DNA from: Azolla caroliniana
Lineage: Eukaryota; Plantae; Polypodiophyta
Direction: 5' to 3'
Length of the DNA stretch: 64,000 nt
NCBI GenBank assembly: GCA_043228905.1
Contig: JBHGNT010000018.1
Coordinates: 16,492,001 to 16,556,000 of the forward strand
Position numbers and translations under genes: made by a program. The notes under the pieces were generated by a model. The model was not told where the DNA came from. It did no database searches and was given only the letters and a program-made list of their open reading frames with translations. Of the stretch, positions 26,101-37,510 are shown in pieces. Within the stretch, counting starts at the first letter, position 1. Each line of letters opens with the position of its first letter.

Positions 26101-29100
26101 CTCCTCGTCTACTTCGTCTTGAAGAAATGCGTTCTTGACGTCCAGTTGGTGGAGGTGCCACCCTTTTGCCGCTGCGAGTGCAATTACGGTCCACACAGTC
26201 GTCATCTTTGCCACCGGGGCAAATGTCTCTTCGTAGTCGACTCCATGTGTTTGTGCGTATCCTTTCGCTATGAGTCAAGCTTTGTAGCGGTTGACGGAGC
26301 CATCGACATTATACTTCACCTTGTAGATCCATCTGCAACCAATTGCTTTCTTGTGCGGTGAGTGGGGAACAAGATCCCACGTCTCGTTCTTGCATAGTGG
26401 ACGCATCTCCTCGTACATTGCTTTGATCCATCGTGGCTTCAGAAAAGGTTTCCGGCTCCCATACTATTTCTACCTTCATCATAAAGGTGTAATGGTACAC
26501 CATATAATTGTTGTAGCCGAATCGGCTTACGAGGTTCTTTTCACGTGTGGATCGGCGGAGCTTCTTGTTTGCAGATGCTACAACTTTCTCTACTCCATTT
26601 GTCCAAATGTCAAGGCCTTCGAACTCACTATCGAAGGAGCGAGACGATTCGTTGCCGTCGAAGTGATCGTCTTCATACTCCGGCATTTTTGCCTTCCCTT
26701 TGTCTAGCTTCAGACTCGATCGAGATGTGCTTTGATCACTTTGGGGCTCTTGTGGCCCAGTAAGCCTTGTTGTAATTGGGCTTTCTTCAAACATGCACGT
26801 GAGTCAATCTTTGGCTTCTATCTCTATTTCGGCATATTCTTGGTCGAGCGGAATCAGAGTCGAAGTTATCTCTAGTGCGTACCAGGATGAGGACTCGTCG
26901 AGAACGATGTCTCGACTTACTCGAGATTTTCGAGTCGAGGGATTGTAGCACTTGTACCCCTTTTGCTCCAGTGAGTATCCTACGAGGATACATTTCTCCG
27001 ACTTCAGGTCGAGCTTTTGACGCTTCTCATCGGGGATGTGCACATACGCAATGGAGCCGAATATCTGAACATGTAATAAGTCCGACTTCTTTCCAAAAAA
27101 CTTCTCGTGCGGAGTAAGTTCGTGCACACCCGATGTCGTACACCGATTCATGAGGTATACGGCCGTGTTAGCCGCTTCTGCCCAGTACGACTTCGGCACG
27201 TGCTTTTTGTTCATCATGGCCCGTGCTACTTCAAGGATGTGCCGATTCTTTCATTCGGCCACTCCGTTTTGTTGTGGCGTATGTCGACACGAAAACTCTC
27301 GCCGAATTCCTTCTTTCCGTAGATACGTCGTAAACTCATCCGAGAAATATTCCTTGCCTCCATCCGACTGAAGACATTGTACATGTCGGCCCATGGCTTT
27401 CTTGACTTCATTCTTGAATTTTTAGAAGTGTGCCTAGAGAAGTCATCGATAAAGGTCACGTAGTATCGGCATCGACTGAATGTCGCCGTCTGAGCCAAAC
27501 CCATACATCAGAATGAATTACGTCGAGTACGCCTTTGCTCACATTCTGCTCCTTCAGAAATGGGTGCCGATGTTGCATGCCGAATTGGCAAGCGGCACAC
27601 ACACGTTCAATCTCATTCTCCGTGAATGTTGGGAGCCCGATGACGACTCCTTTCGATTGCATTGCCTTGAGCTTTTGGAGGTTTATATGGCCAATCTGCT
27701 TGTGCCATAAGTCTATGTCGGAATTGGCTTTCACGCCCTTTTCGAACATGGCCAATTTCATCTCGTGTGAGTCGAGAATGAACATTCTTCCCTCTCTTCG
27801 TCCGCAAGTGATGAGTTGGCCCTCTTTTTCGATGAAGCAACCGCCTTGATTAAATCAAACTTGCATTCCTTGCTCTACAATTTGGCCGACGGAGACCAAA
27901 TTTTTCATGATAGTTGGTACATGCAAGACATTTTTAATATAAGTTTGCTTACCTTCTTCTCCGAACGGAACATTTCCGATGTGCCGAATCGGGTGCGTAG
28001 TGTCATCTCCGGTTTCGACATAGCCGGGTCGGTCCGGCTCTCGAAGTTCTCGGAACCATTCTTGATGCGACGTCATATGGTTCGAGGCACCGGAATCGAC
28101 GAAACATACGTCTTCTGGACCAGAGGCATTAGTAGAAGTAGAGGCCGACATCGAATTCGCCCTATGTCTCATCACGAACATTCCGCCACAATCGTCATAG
28201 TCGGAGTTGATGGCGTAGTTGGTGAGTTGTCGGCTAGTGGAAGCCGACTCGAGTATCTTCTTACGACATTCTTCTTTGTGGTGACCGATTTTTCCGCAAT
28301 ATCCGCATTTGACCGAGCTTTGTCGGTTCGGACCGGAATGGAAACTCCCCCTCTTCTGAAGGTTCCTCAATGGCTTCCGTCTTGATGCCGAAATTGCAAG
28401 TTGTTTTCGTAAGTCGGGCCTCGCCCGCCTCATCCTTGGCCGAATCGGCCTCTTCTTGCACGGCCGCGTCCTCTTCCTCCGTCCGAATGCGTGTAGAGCA
28501 TGTGGCCTTCCGGGGCGTTGCTCCTCGTTCAAAAATGGTTTTCTTCAACCAACAACATAGATTGAAGATCGAAGAAGGAGGGTGGATTCTCCCGTGCTAG
28601 TACGGCGGTCCACATCGCGCCGAATCGTGGTGCAAGGCCGCCGAGGCATATTTGCACCATCTCATTATCGTCCATATTGACGCTTATTGAGCCAAGCGAG
28701 ACGCAAAGCTCCTTGATCTTCAAGGTGTAGCTTGTGATGGACATATCCCTTTGTTGGATATTGTTCAACTCTTGGTGGACTTGAAGCTTTCTCGTGGTAG
28801 TGTTGGCAGCGAAAATCTTTCATAGATTCTCCCACACTTCCTTTGGCGTCTTGCTTCTCGAATGTACCCAAGCATGTGGTCATGAACACATGTTGCCAAG
28901 CAATACATCACTCGGCTTGCCGCTTGCTCCCACGTTGCATAGTCGGCGTCTTCTGGGTCGGGTCGGTTTTCTTGTGCTCTCTTGATGTAACCCCAATATC
29001 CTTGGCCGACAAGGTATTGGTGCATCTTGTACTCCCAAGATGCGAAGTTGTTTCAGTCCAACTTCTTGCTAGGGAGAGCGCTCCCCATTTGAGTATTCAT

Positions 29101-29714
29101 TGTCGATTAAGCTTCCTTTCTTCTTTTCCTTCTCTCTCGAACACGAGCTATGTAGTGGTACTACGATAGCGATGAGCCGGTTTTTCTTGAACATTGACGT
29201 AGAGCACAACACGATCACGATGAGGCAAGTGGGCTAGATCGAGCTACCAAATTGCTCTGATACCATGTAAAGAATCGATGGTGATTCTTGTGTAGCGGAA
29301 GAGATGTGTTATGTGTATGTGTGAGAGGAATTAGAGGAGAGATGAGAGAACACAAGATAGATAGAAAAAGGAATACTCAAGAAGAAGGTGTATATTTCAC
29401 AAGTAGAATAAGAATTACAAAATGTAGCATAATAAGGAGTCACAACCGACTTAGTATGAAGTATGAGGAGGGTGCTTTATATAGAGTCGCCCTCTCTCTT
29501 CATTAACTTACAACAACCACTCTCTCTCTTGGGGAATGTGAAGGCTCATAGTCATGGGGAATATGTAACTCATTAGTTGTGTGTCATAGAATATGATTCT
29601 ATGACACATAGTTAATGTGTAGAGAGTAGTGGTGTGACTCTTGACCTTTGAGTAATCATGGATTCTCAAAATATGTATTCACACATTGCACTACGTTGAG
29701 CTTGATTCTCAACA
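20101..29714 (-). mobile_element. Ty1/Copia element B (3'-truncated), interrupted by Copia A
   Basis: 5' LTR 29266-29714, PBS TGGTATCAGAGC at 29254-29265. Gag MHQYLVGQGYW, zinc knuckle CGYCGKIGHHKEEC, PR FVDSGASNHM, integrase. The RT continues across the Copia A insertion (…VCQ|LKKPLYGLKQAPRAW, YVDDL) and is cut at ~20101. Confidence 0.9.
20618..26039 (+). mobile_element. Full-length Ty1/Copia element A (disabled by a few stops and frameshifts)
   Basis: LTRs at 20618-20999 and 25661-26039 are nearly identical. TSD GTTGG at 20613-20617 and 26040-26044; PBS tRNA-iMet TGGTATCAGAGC at 21000-21011; PPT 25650-25660. Domain order is gag-PR-IN-RT-RH (ORFs 21348, 22001, 22664, 24128, 24425, 24885: [26 protein letters not shown]). 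Confidence 0.95.
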
Positions 29715-32237
29715 GAATAAAATGAGAACAATCGTTCAGTACAAAGGTAATGGAATGGTGAACCCAATCAATAGATAAAGAAGAGTTTTTATTAAAAAAC
29801 CAAGGATAACCCAGTATTACATCAATGGTACAAAGCTTCATAACATGGAAGTCTACTTCTTCTATATAAGTATCAATTGAAATTCTTAATGAATGAATCG
29901 CCCAATTGATGTATTCTACTCTTCCATAAACCAAGTGCACCTTATAGGTGTGATCACTTACTTACGATGGGTTGAATTCCCCATATCTGAACCAAACAAT
30001 CATTCACAAAGTTGTGTGAGCTTCCCGAATTAAATAAAAATTGTACGGGAGATCCATTGATATACCTGTTTGCACATAGTAAATCATTGGGTCCCAATAC
30101 ATAGTGAGGGAAAAAACATTTACAATTACTTAAATGATGTGTATAGACCTAAAGGACATTAGGAATCTCACCTTTATGGTCTACAACTTTTGTTTTGATG
30201 TCGTGCTCTTTCCGTTGGACTTTTCGACATTGCTCTTTTGTATGATCCTTCTTTTTGTAGACTACGCAAAAAGGATGTTGTCGCTTACAATCGTGATCCA
30301 TGAATTCATTGGGTGTCTTGCGTTTCCCAGGGAATTGCGACTGTTTAATCCTAGGCACTTCGTTGGGTTTGTTATGGTCCTTCTTCGAAGTGCGTTGATA
30401 GCGAAGGACTATTTCAACAGCCTGTTCGAAGGATTTGGAATCCTTATCGTGCACTATCTAGTGATAGTCCGAATTGGGGTTGTCATTGACAAAACAATCT
30501 ATCAACCATGTGTCCCCTTCTAGACCTGATTTTTGGATTTGGGTTCTAGCATGGTGAACATAGTCTTCTAGCGAGGAACATTTCCGGCTAGAGAGGTTCA
30601 TTAACGCTTGTGTTGTCTCGGTTTGAGATGGAGGTTGTAGAAATTGGCCCTTGAAAACTGTGACAAAGTCTGTCCAGGTATCGGACAATTTCCCCGTAGT
30701 GCGGAACCCACGTCACGAGGCATCGGCCTTACTCCCTAGTTCTCGACAAACATATGCAATCTTCGTACTATCTGGCTTGGGATAGAGCTCAAAATAAGAC
30801 TCCCATCGGCCCAGCAACGTGCAAATTGCTTCTTTGGTTCTTTCCTTTTTCTCTCCCGTAAATGGCTTTATGACAAATGATGGTTCACCTTAACGCTCAT
30901 CAAGTCTATTTGTATCATGTTGTAAACTAATGACATGTGGCTCGAGAGCATTATGAGATTCCCGAAGTTCGGTCATCTGATGCATGGTTGAATTAAGGAA
31001 ATTTTGTATTTGTAAAAAATACGACTCAATGGGGATTGGCCCGGGAGGATTTCCTTGATTTCCTTCCGCTTGTGCAGATGCCATCGGGTCATTATTATGA
31101 GTCATTGAATGATCATTTTTGGCAAAGAAATAGGATAAGGTCAGACAAATAGTCATGACATTATGTCGTGATGTAAACATATCATGGGCAAACATTAATT
31201 GATATCATGATCTTACGTCAATACCCGTCTAGACGTATGAGATGACACAAAGGTGTTTTAAAAACCATGGGGGTGACAAATGAATGTCTTTCCCTGATCT
31301 CTATATCAATTTTTTCATTGCGGCTCCCCGAGGCTCAACAATGTATGTTTGCGTCATGAATAGTTTAAACACGAAAAAATGTTAACAATAAACTATCTCT
31401 CTATGCCCATGCATATTATTTCGGCAATATGAGGACCCCGAAGTGTACCTAGACCTAATGTCTAAACATGTGTTATAGTCATATGTATCAACAATATTGT
31501 ATGGTCTTGGTCATATTTGAACTCGAGACCTTGAGAACAAAAGCATTAAACACTTGAGCTAACCAAATAGGTTGCTCGTGTTGAATGTTTAACCTTTTAT
31601 GTGTACAAGAGATATGCGAGGCATTTCCCATATATGTTTTTTTAAAAGAAACATATATGTCAAGAGTCCTTATTTCCCTCTCGTTTACCACAAACTATGT
31701 TGGTACGTTACCTAACCTCAAGTCTCATAATTACGATGGCATACGCCAAAGTGCAACCTAATGGTCAAGCCAAATGAGCCCTCTTTTTGTAGTAGGGCCA
31801 CGTGGCCCATCGCATGGTTGCGTCATTACGAATGCCTTTCATAAGAATGATCTCATGGTGGCATCATATCCATGTAATGAGGGAGGGATGTTGGATATGT
31901 GTGTCATAGGAGTGACCTCACATGAAGTGGGTCAAACCCTACGCTCTCAACATCATTGTGGCTATGATCGTTTCATTATAACGTGTAGCGAAATCGAAGT
32001 GACCAACGGGGATGACAACAAAAAAATTGTTGAAAAAAGGATGGTGACTACGCCATTGTCACAAAAATGTGACGATGGCCATCAAGATCCTTTCCCCAAA
32101 AAGGACAACGTTCGATATACAAAATCACGTAATAACTAATATACACATATGTATGTTTATCACATGTATATGATCAAATACGTATATATGTATATACTAA
32201 AAAAAAAAGTAACATAAAATAGCCAACAAATGATGAA

Positions 32238-32710
32238 ATCGAGGCATATAGACTCTATGCACACGAAACATCAAAAAATAAAGGTAAACATAATACACAA
32301 TTAAGGTATTGACCTCTTACGCATATGACACCTATCACCTAATCGAGGCATATAGACTCTATGCACACGAAACATCAAAAAATAAATGTGAACATAATAC
32401 ACAATTAAGGTATTGACCTCTTACGCATATGACACCTATCACGTTATCGAGGCATATAGACTCTATGCACACGAAACATCAAAAAATAAAGGTGAACATA
32501 ATACACAATTAAGGTATTGACCTCTTACGCATACGACACCTATCACATATCATTTAAATAGAAATCGAGGTATTCACCTCATACATATACACAACATATG
32601 TATGTAAACGTAATACGCAATTGAGGTATTAACCTCGTACGCATACGACACGAATCACATATCAAATATATGTCAAATGAGGTATTGATCTCATACACAT
32701 ATGTATACGT
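32238..32710. repeat. 104-bp tandem repeat (3 near-identical copies plus decayed copies) in the chromovirus 5' leader
   Basis: Units start ATCGAGGCATATAGACTC at 32238, 32342 and 32446. Degenerate GAGGTATT(G/A/C)ACCTC sub-units continue to ~32700. Confidence 0.9.
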
Positions 32711-34159
32711 TTTATACAACCAATCCATTACCACTACAACATCATTGAATCAATATAAAAAACACATATTAACTATACATGATTTGATTGCGAGAAGAAA
32801 GAATAGAAAAAAAAATCAGAAAGAGTTACCAAAGTTCACTTGTTAATTCCTTTCTGAATCACGATCGACCGCACACCGATCGATCACCATCCATCAAAAG
32901 AAAACAATCAACAAACGAAACATTAGAAACATGGCTCAGATACCAATTGTGAGAGCTTAGATCTTTAGTAAACTTTGATAAGGATAACAAAGATAGATTA
33001 ATAAGAAAGAAGGGTGCCGATCCACTCGACCACCCCCGAGCGAAGTGATTGAGACGAACTCGAGCCTCGATCGGCATCCCATACCACTGTCATGGCGTGA
33101 AGTTGTACCTGATGCTGCCACACTCACTACAAGAGTTGACCCACCACAAGAACAGAGTCTTGATGTAGTCAAGAGATGATGAAATGAGGGTCGCTAGGCC
33201 TCATATTTATAGCCAGACCCAAGGCCTCCAAGCAAGTTCACAGTTGGCCTAATGTGTTGGCCTAATGTGATCCTCCCTTTTTTTACACTCTCGTTTAACC
33301 CTCACACTTTATGCACATGTATAGAATACTACGGTACATTCTCACCATGGGATATTATATGGTCATGCCCGTAACACCTTTCAAAGGAAAAACTCAAGAA
33401 TGAAGAAGTAGAACAAGTGGAGAAGAGGGTCCAGGAGGCAACTAGATGGAGAGATCCATTCTATAGAAGCGAAGATGGGCTTTGTAGAAGTTTCTTGCGA
33501 GAACTACGAAGTTCTGGTTGAAGAAAAGAGGATCAACCATGATGATGGAGTCGGGCCCTTGAGGAGGTATGGCACCCGAGGAACATGAAGAAGGGAGGAG
33601 TCGAACCTAGTCTAAGCACATAACGAAAGAGGAAAAGAGAAGGGAAACCTCCCAACATCAAGCTTTGTGCAGAGATCAAACACGCAACGGATTTCAAGAA
33701 GGTAATGGAGGAGAGAATCCTCGATAGTTGCGTAGCATAGAGTTCACTCTACAAGAGGTCCTCAGAATAGCCAAGAAGAATTACTCGAGAAGTGGTGAAT
33801 CTTGTGAATGTGAATCCGGTGTCAACCGAGATGCTCCATGTGGATGAAGACTATGTAGATAGTCACTACATGAGGTCACATTGGGCAAGAGCAACAACGA
33901 AGACACTAGTGTAGATCGGAGATGTAAAGGAGCTGGTGGTAGCTTTGACCGACTATGGATTTGAGATCAACCTTATATCCATGGACCTTTACAAGAAGGA
34001 CAAGGGATTGATCAACATGAAGCACGAATGGCAAATTAGAGTAGTGACCCAAGCAACCGAGGGGCTACACGGGGCTTGCCCAAATGTGCAGTTGAAGGTG
34101 GGGGATGTAGAAATTGACCAACATTTCTTTGTTCAGGTGACATCCTTTCATTTGGTAAC

Positions 34160-35410
34160 AGAAGAAAAATCTTTCCGGTCAACTCCGTTGGCATGTGCAC
34201 TGCCATTGAAGACCTTGGGCGGTTGATTGAGGAAGAGAGGATAATCAAAGTACAAGACCATGGACAAGAAGGTGAAGCATGCGACTACTCCCTTGCCAAA
34301 CTGTATTATATTGTAAAACTATGGTCCAAAAATTTGAGAAGGAAGATGTTTTACGCGAGGCCCATTGTGGTATTGTTGGTGGGCATTATGTCGGCGACAC
34401 GACCGCTCAAAAAATCTGGAACATTGGATTATGGTGGCCAACGACTCTGAGAGATGCAGTAACTATTGTCGACAATGTGATTTGTGTCAACGACTCGGTC
34501 AACTAAGTGAACGAGATCGTATGCCTCATCAACTGGTACTATCCCTAAAGATTTTTTTTAAATGGGGTCTCAATTTTATCGGGCCATTTAAACCAGCAAT
34601 GGCGAGAACCGACAATCGATATGTCATAGTCACCACCGACTACTGTATGAAATGGGTCGAAGCCAAAGCTCTTCGGGATAATACGACAGCTTCAACGGTA
34701 AAATTCCTCTATGAGGGCCTATGTTGCAGATTCGGTTGCCCAATTGAATTAGTACGTGATCAAGGTACCCACTTTGTTAATAAAGTTATTCATGAGTTAT
34801 CAAACTATTATGCAGTAGTGCATAAAAGGAGTACATGGGCAAGCTAATGGGTTAGCCGAGTTGACAAACAAAACTATTCAAAAAATTCTAAGGAAGATTT
34901 TCAATGAAAATTGGACCAACTGGGATCAGAAGCTTCATAGTGCCCTATGGGCATACTGAACAATGTAAAAGACTATGATCAGGTCGACTCCGTGAGGGAT
35001 GGCAAGCAGTGATGCCGATTGAGTTCCAGATTCCGACTCTACGTGTACATGTGACAAAACGACTAGGTGAAGAACAATCAGAACAGATTCGGAAGGAACA
35101 ACTTCTTACATTAGAAGAAAGTCAATTGCAGACAATGTAACAATTAGAGCAGAAATAGAGAAAAACGAAAGTTTTTGTCGACTGACACCAACACAGTAAG
35201 GAAAAGTTGTTCGACATAGGTATACCCATTTTGGACTTTCAAACAGAGATGGGTGACATGCCAAGAAAACTCTGATTTCGATGGACCGGTCCTTATTGGA
35301 TTGTCAATGGCAACAAAGGCATGTATCAAATCGGCACATTACCTGATGAAGTCTAACCTAAGTGGGTGAATGGGTTCCGACTCAAGCCTTACTAGGAACC
35401 AACACCGACT
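34160..35410 (+). pseudogene. Non-chromoviral (Athila/Tat-like) Gypsy integrase remnant
   Basis: EAHCGIVGGHYVGDTTAQKIW..GLWWPT, CRQCDLCQR, KWGLNFIGP, DYCMKWVEAKAL, RFGCPIELVRDQGTHF, and a GPY motif near 35285. Confidence 0.8.
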
Positions 35411-37510
35411 TGTTGGCATAAAAGGCCGACTCCCTCCACTTTGTATCCTACTGTGAACTCGTCTACATAGGTAGGGCTTAGTATATAAGCAATAACCTAA
35501 CATTGTAAAGAGTGATCTTCTTGACCATATATTGTATATCGAGTCTCTGAGAGAGTAAGACAGAACGTAATAGAGCTTCCATTAAAGCTTCAATCTGTGT
35601 ATATCTTTGCTTCTCTTTTTGTGTTGTTTTCTGAGTACGAACCAAGACAGATCCTCAATGACATTTCCGCATACATTTTACGCTTCAACTGGTATCAAAG
35701 CGATCTGCTACTCGGCGGCAACAGACAACAGAAAAGGCTAAAAGAAAAGCCCAAGTTAGTAAATCTCACTTCCGAAAGAATCATGGCATCAACATCCGGT
35801 ATAGGAGTTGAGATCCAAAAATTCGATGGCAAAAACTTGACCTATGGAAGGAGATGATGGAGGACGTACTGATTATTTGAAGACAGGTCGAGGCCATTCG
35901 ACACTCCAAAAAGCTTGCTTCAATGTCATCCAATGAGTGGAGATCAACAGATGAAATCGCACGCTCCACCATTCGAATGCACCTAGACAAAAATGTCTAC
36001 TTCAGCATGGCAAAAGAGACGACAATGTTCTCACTATTGGGAGAAACTACAAGCCGTGTACAAGAAAATTTCCTCATCTTCAAAACTGATTCTGATCAAA
36101 CAATTGTTCAACATGAAGATGAGAGAGACCAATTCGGCTACCACCCACATCAACACCTTCAGCCGGGTGTTGCAAGAACTCTCCTCACAAGGGATCAACT
36201 TCGAAGCAGAAGTGAAAGCCATTGCCCTCCTATCAAGCTTGCCGACGAGTTAGGAAGTATTCTGTCAACCGATCCTAAATCTGGATGAGACGATCAGCCA
36301 AGTCCTCACCGAGGACATTCGGCAAAAATTGATGGGAATTACCATCGATGAATTGGTAGAAGCCCATCACTCGACCGAGTCGTTCGATCGATAGAGTCGT
36401 ACAAGAGAACAAGCCAACAGAACTGGTCAGAATACCAATCGATCAAAAATAAGGAGAGACCCACATAGGTCGAAGTCGAGAACGGGCCGATCAGGCGAAT
36501 TCTTCATACATTGTAGAAAAGTTGGCCATAATGTTTCTTGCTGCTGGTCAATCAAGAGGAAAGAGAGTGGTCGGAGATCCGAGCGGAATCAAGGATGACC
36601 CCACTCGGACCACTCTCCAATCGGCAACCAAATCAATGTTGCCGACTCCCAATCAGTTCTCTTCTTAGAGGATTCAGTGATCGGAGAAGTCCTCTACAGT
36701 GCAGAGGATGCACACACATGGCTACTAGATTCCGGTGCCACATTCCATGTGACCCCCAACATTGAATGGTTTTCGGACTATACAACCAACGCCAGTGGCA
36801 CAGTCCATCTAGACAACAGGCAGGAGTGCAGAATTGCAAGGACCAGAGAGATTCCCATCCGATTGCCAAATGGAAACACAATAACCCTGCACCGAGTTTG
36901 GCATGTACCTGATTTGAAAAGGAGTCTGGTCTCCATCGGCATGCTAGCCGAAGACGGGTACAAAACGACTCTAAGTGAGTCGGTATGGATGATCAGTCGA
37001 GGAAACCTGAAGATAGGAGGCGGGCACAAGTACAACAACATGTACCCATTAATGGGGGATCAATCCATAAGGGGCCATGAACTTAGCCGAAAAGATCGAC
37101 CCAAACTTAAGGCATGGCCGACTCAGTCACATGTCTCAAGCCGGACTTGATCGGCTAATAGTGGTAGGCTACATCCCAAAACTCCAAGCAAAGACGGACT
37201 TCTACGAGCATTGTTGATATAGGAAATAGACGTGACGTCCGCACACTCTCCACTACTAGACGGTACGACAACCCCTAGAGATCGTGCACATAGATATATG
37301 TGGGCCCATGCCAAAGCGATCACTAGGAGGCTCCCGGTACTTAATCACCTTTGTAGATGATTGTACACGGAAGGTCTAGGCCTACTTGATCAGGTCCAAA
37401 TACGAAGCGCTCGAGGTTTTCACTCGGTGGAAATCTAAAGTGGAGAACCGGTCAGAACACAGAGTGAAGACACTCAGATCCGACAATGGAGGTGAGTACA
37501 CCTCTAGAGC
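35411..37510 (+). mobile_element. Ty1/Copia element C (Tork/Tnt1-like), 5' part only
   Basis: LTR 35411-~35687 starting TGTTGG, PBS TGGTATCAAAGC at 35690-35701. Gag EIQKFDGKN, PR WLLDSGATFHVTP, IN VKTLRSDNGGEY, then an abrupt break. Confidence 0.85.

Larger units (their letters stand above)
18781..33376 (-). mobile_element. Chromoviral Ty3/Gypsy element with internal deletion; hosts Copia B and Copia A
   Basis: LTRs at 18781-19237 and 32948-33376 (TG..CA, visibly diverged, roughly 85%). 5-bp TSD CCTTT at 18776-18780 and 33377-33381. tRNA-Met-type PBS TGGTATCTGAGCC at ~32933-32945; PPT next to 19238. Gag ~30150-31100, protease ~29720-30050 (FNSGSSHNFV), integrase C-terminus plus chromodomain 19224-20100 (KLAPRFCGPF, IHPVFHVSRLK, ATWE). 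Confidence 0.9.
18545..34160 (+). pseudogene. Old Gypsy gag-protease remnant (same clade as 54523-62436), split into 18545-18780 and 33382-34160 by later insertions
   Basis: NVVYFTNNKVYSTGTR*PLELN..GRMKRLMEE...FWSSIL|...KLKNEEVEQVEKRVQEATRWRDP...ALTDYGFEINLIS...GACPNVQLKVGDVEIDQHFFVQ is colinear with ORF 55630-57834 across the CCTTT TSD. Confidence 0.8.
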
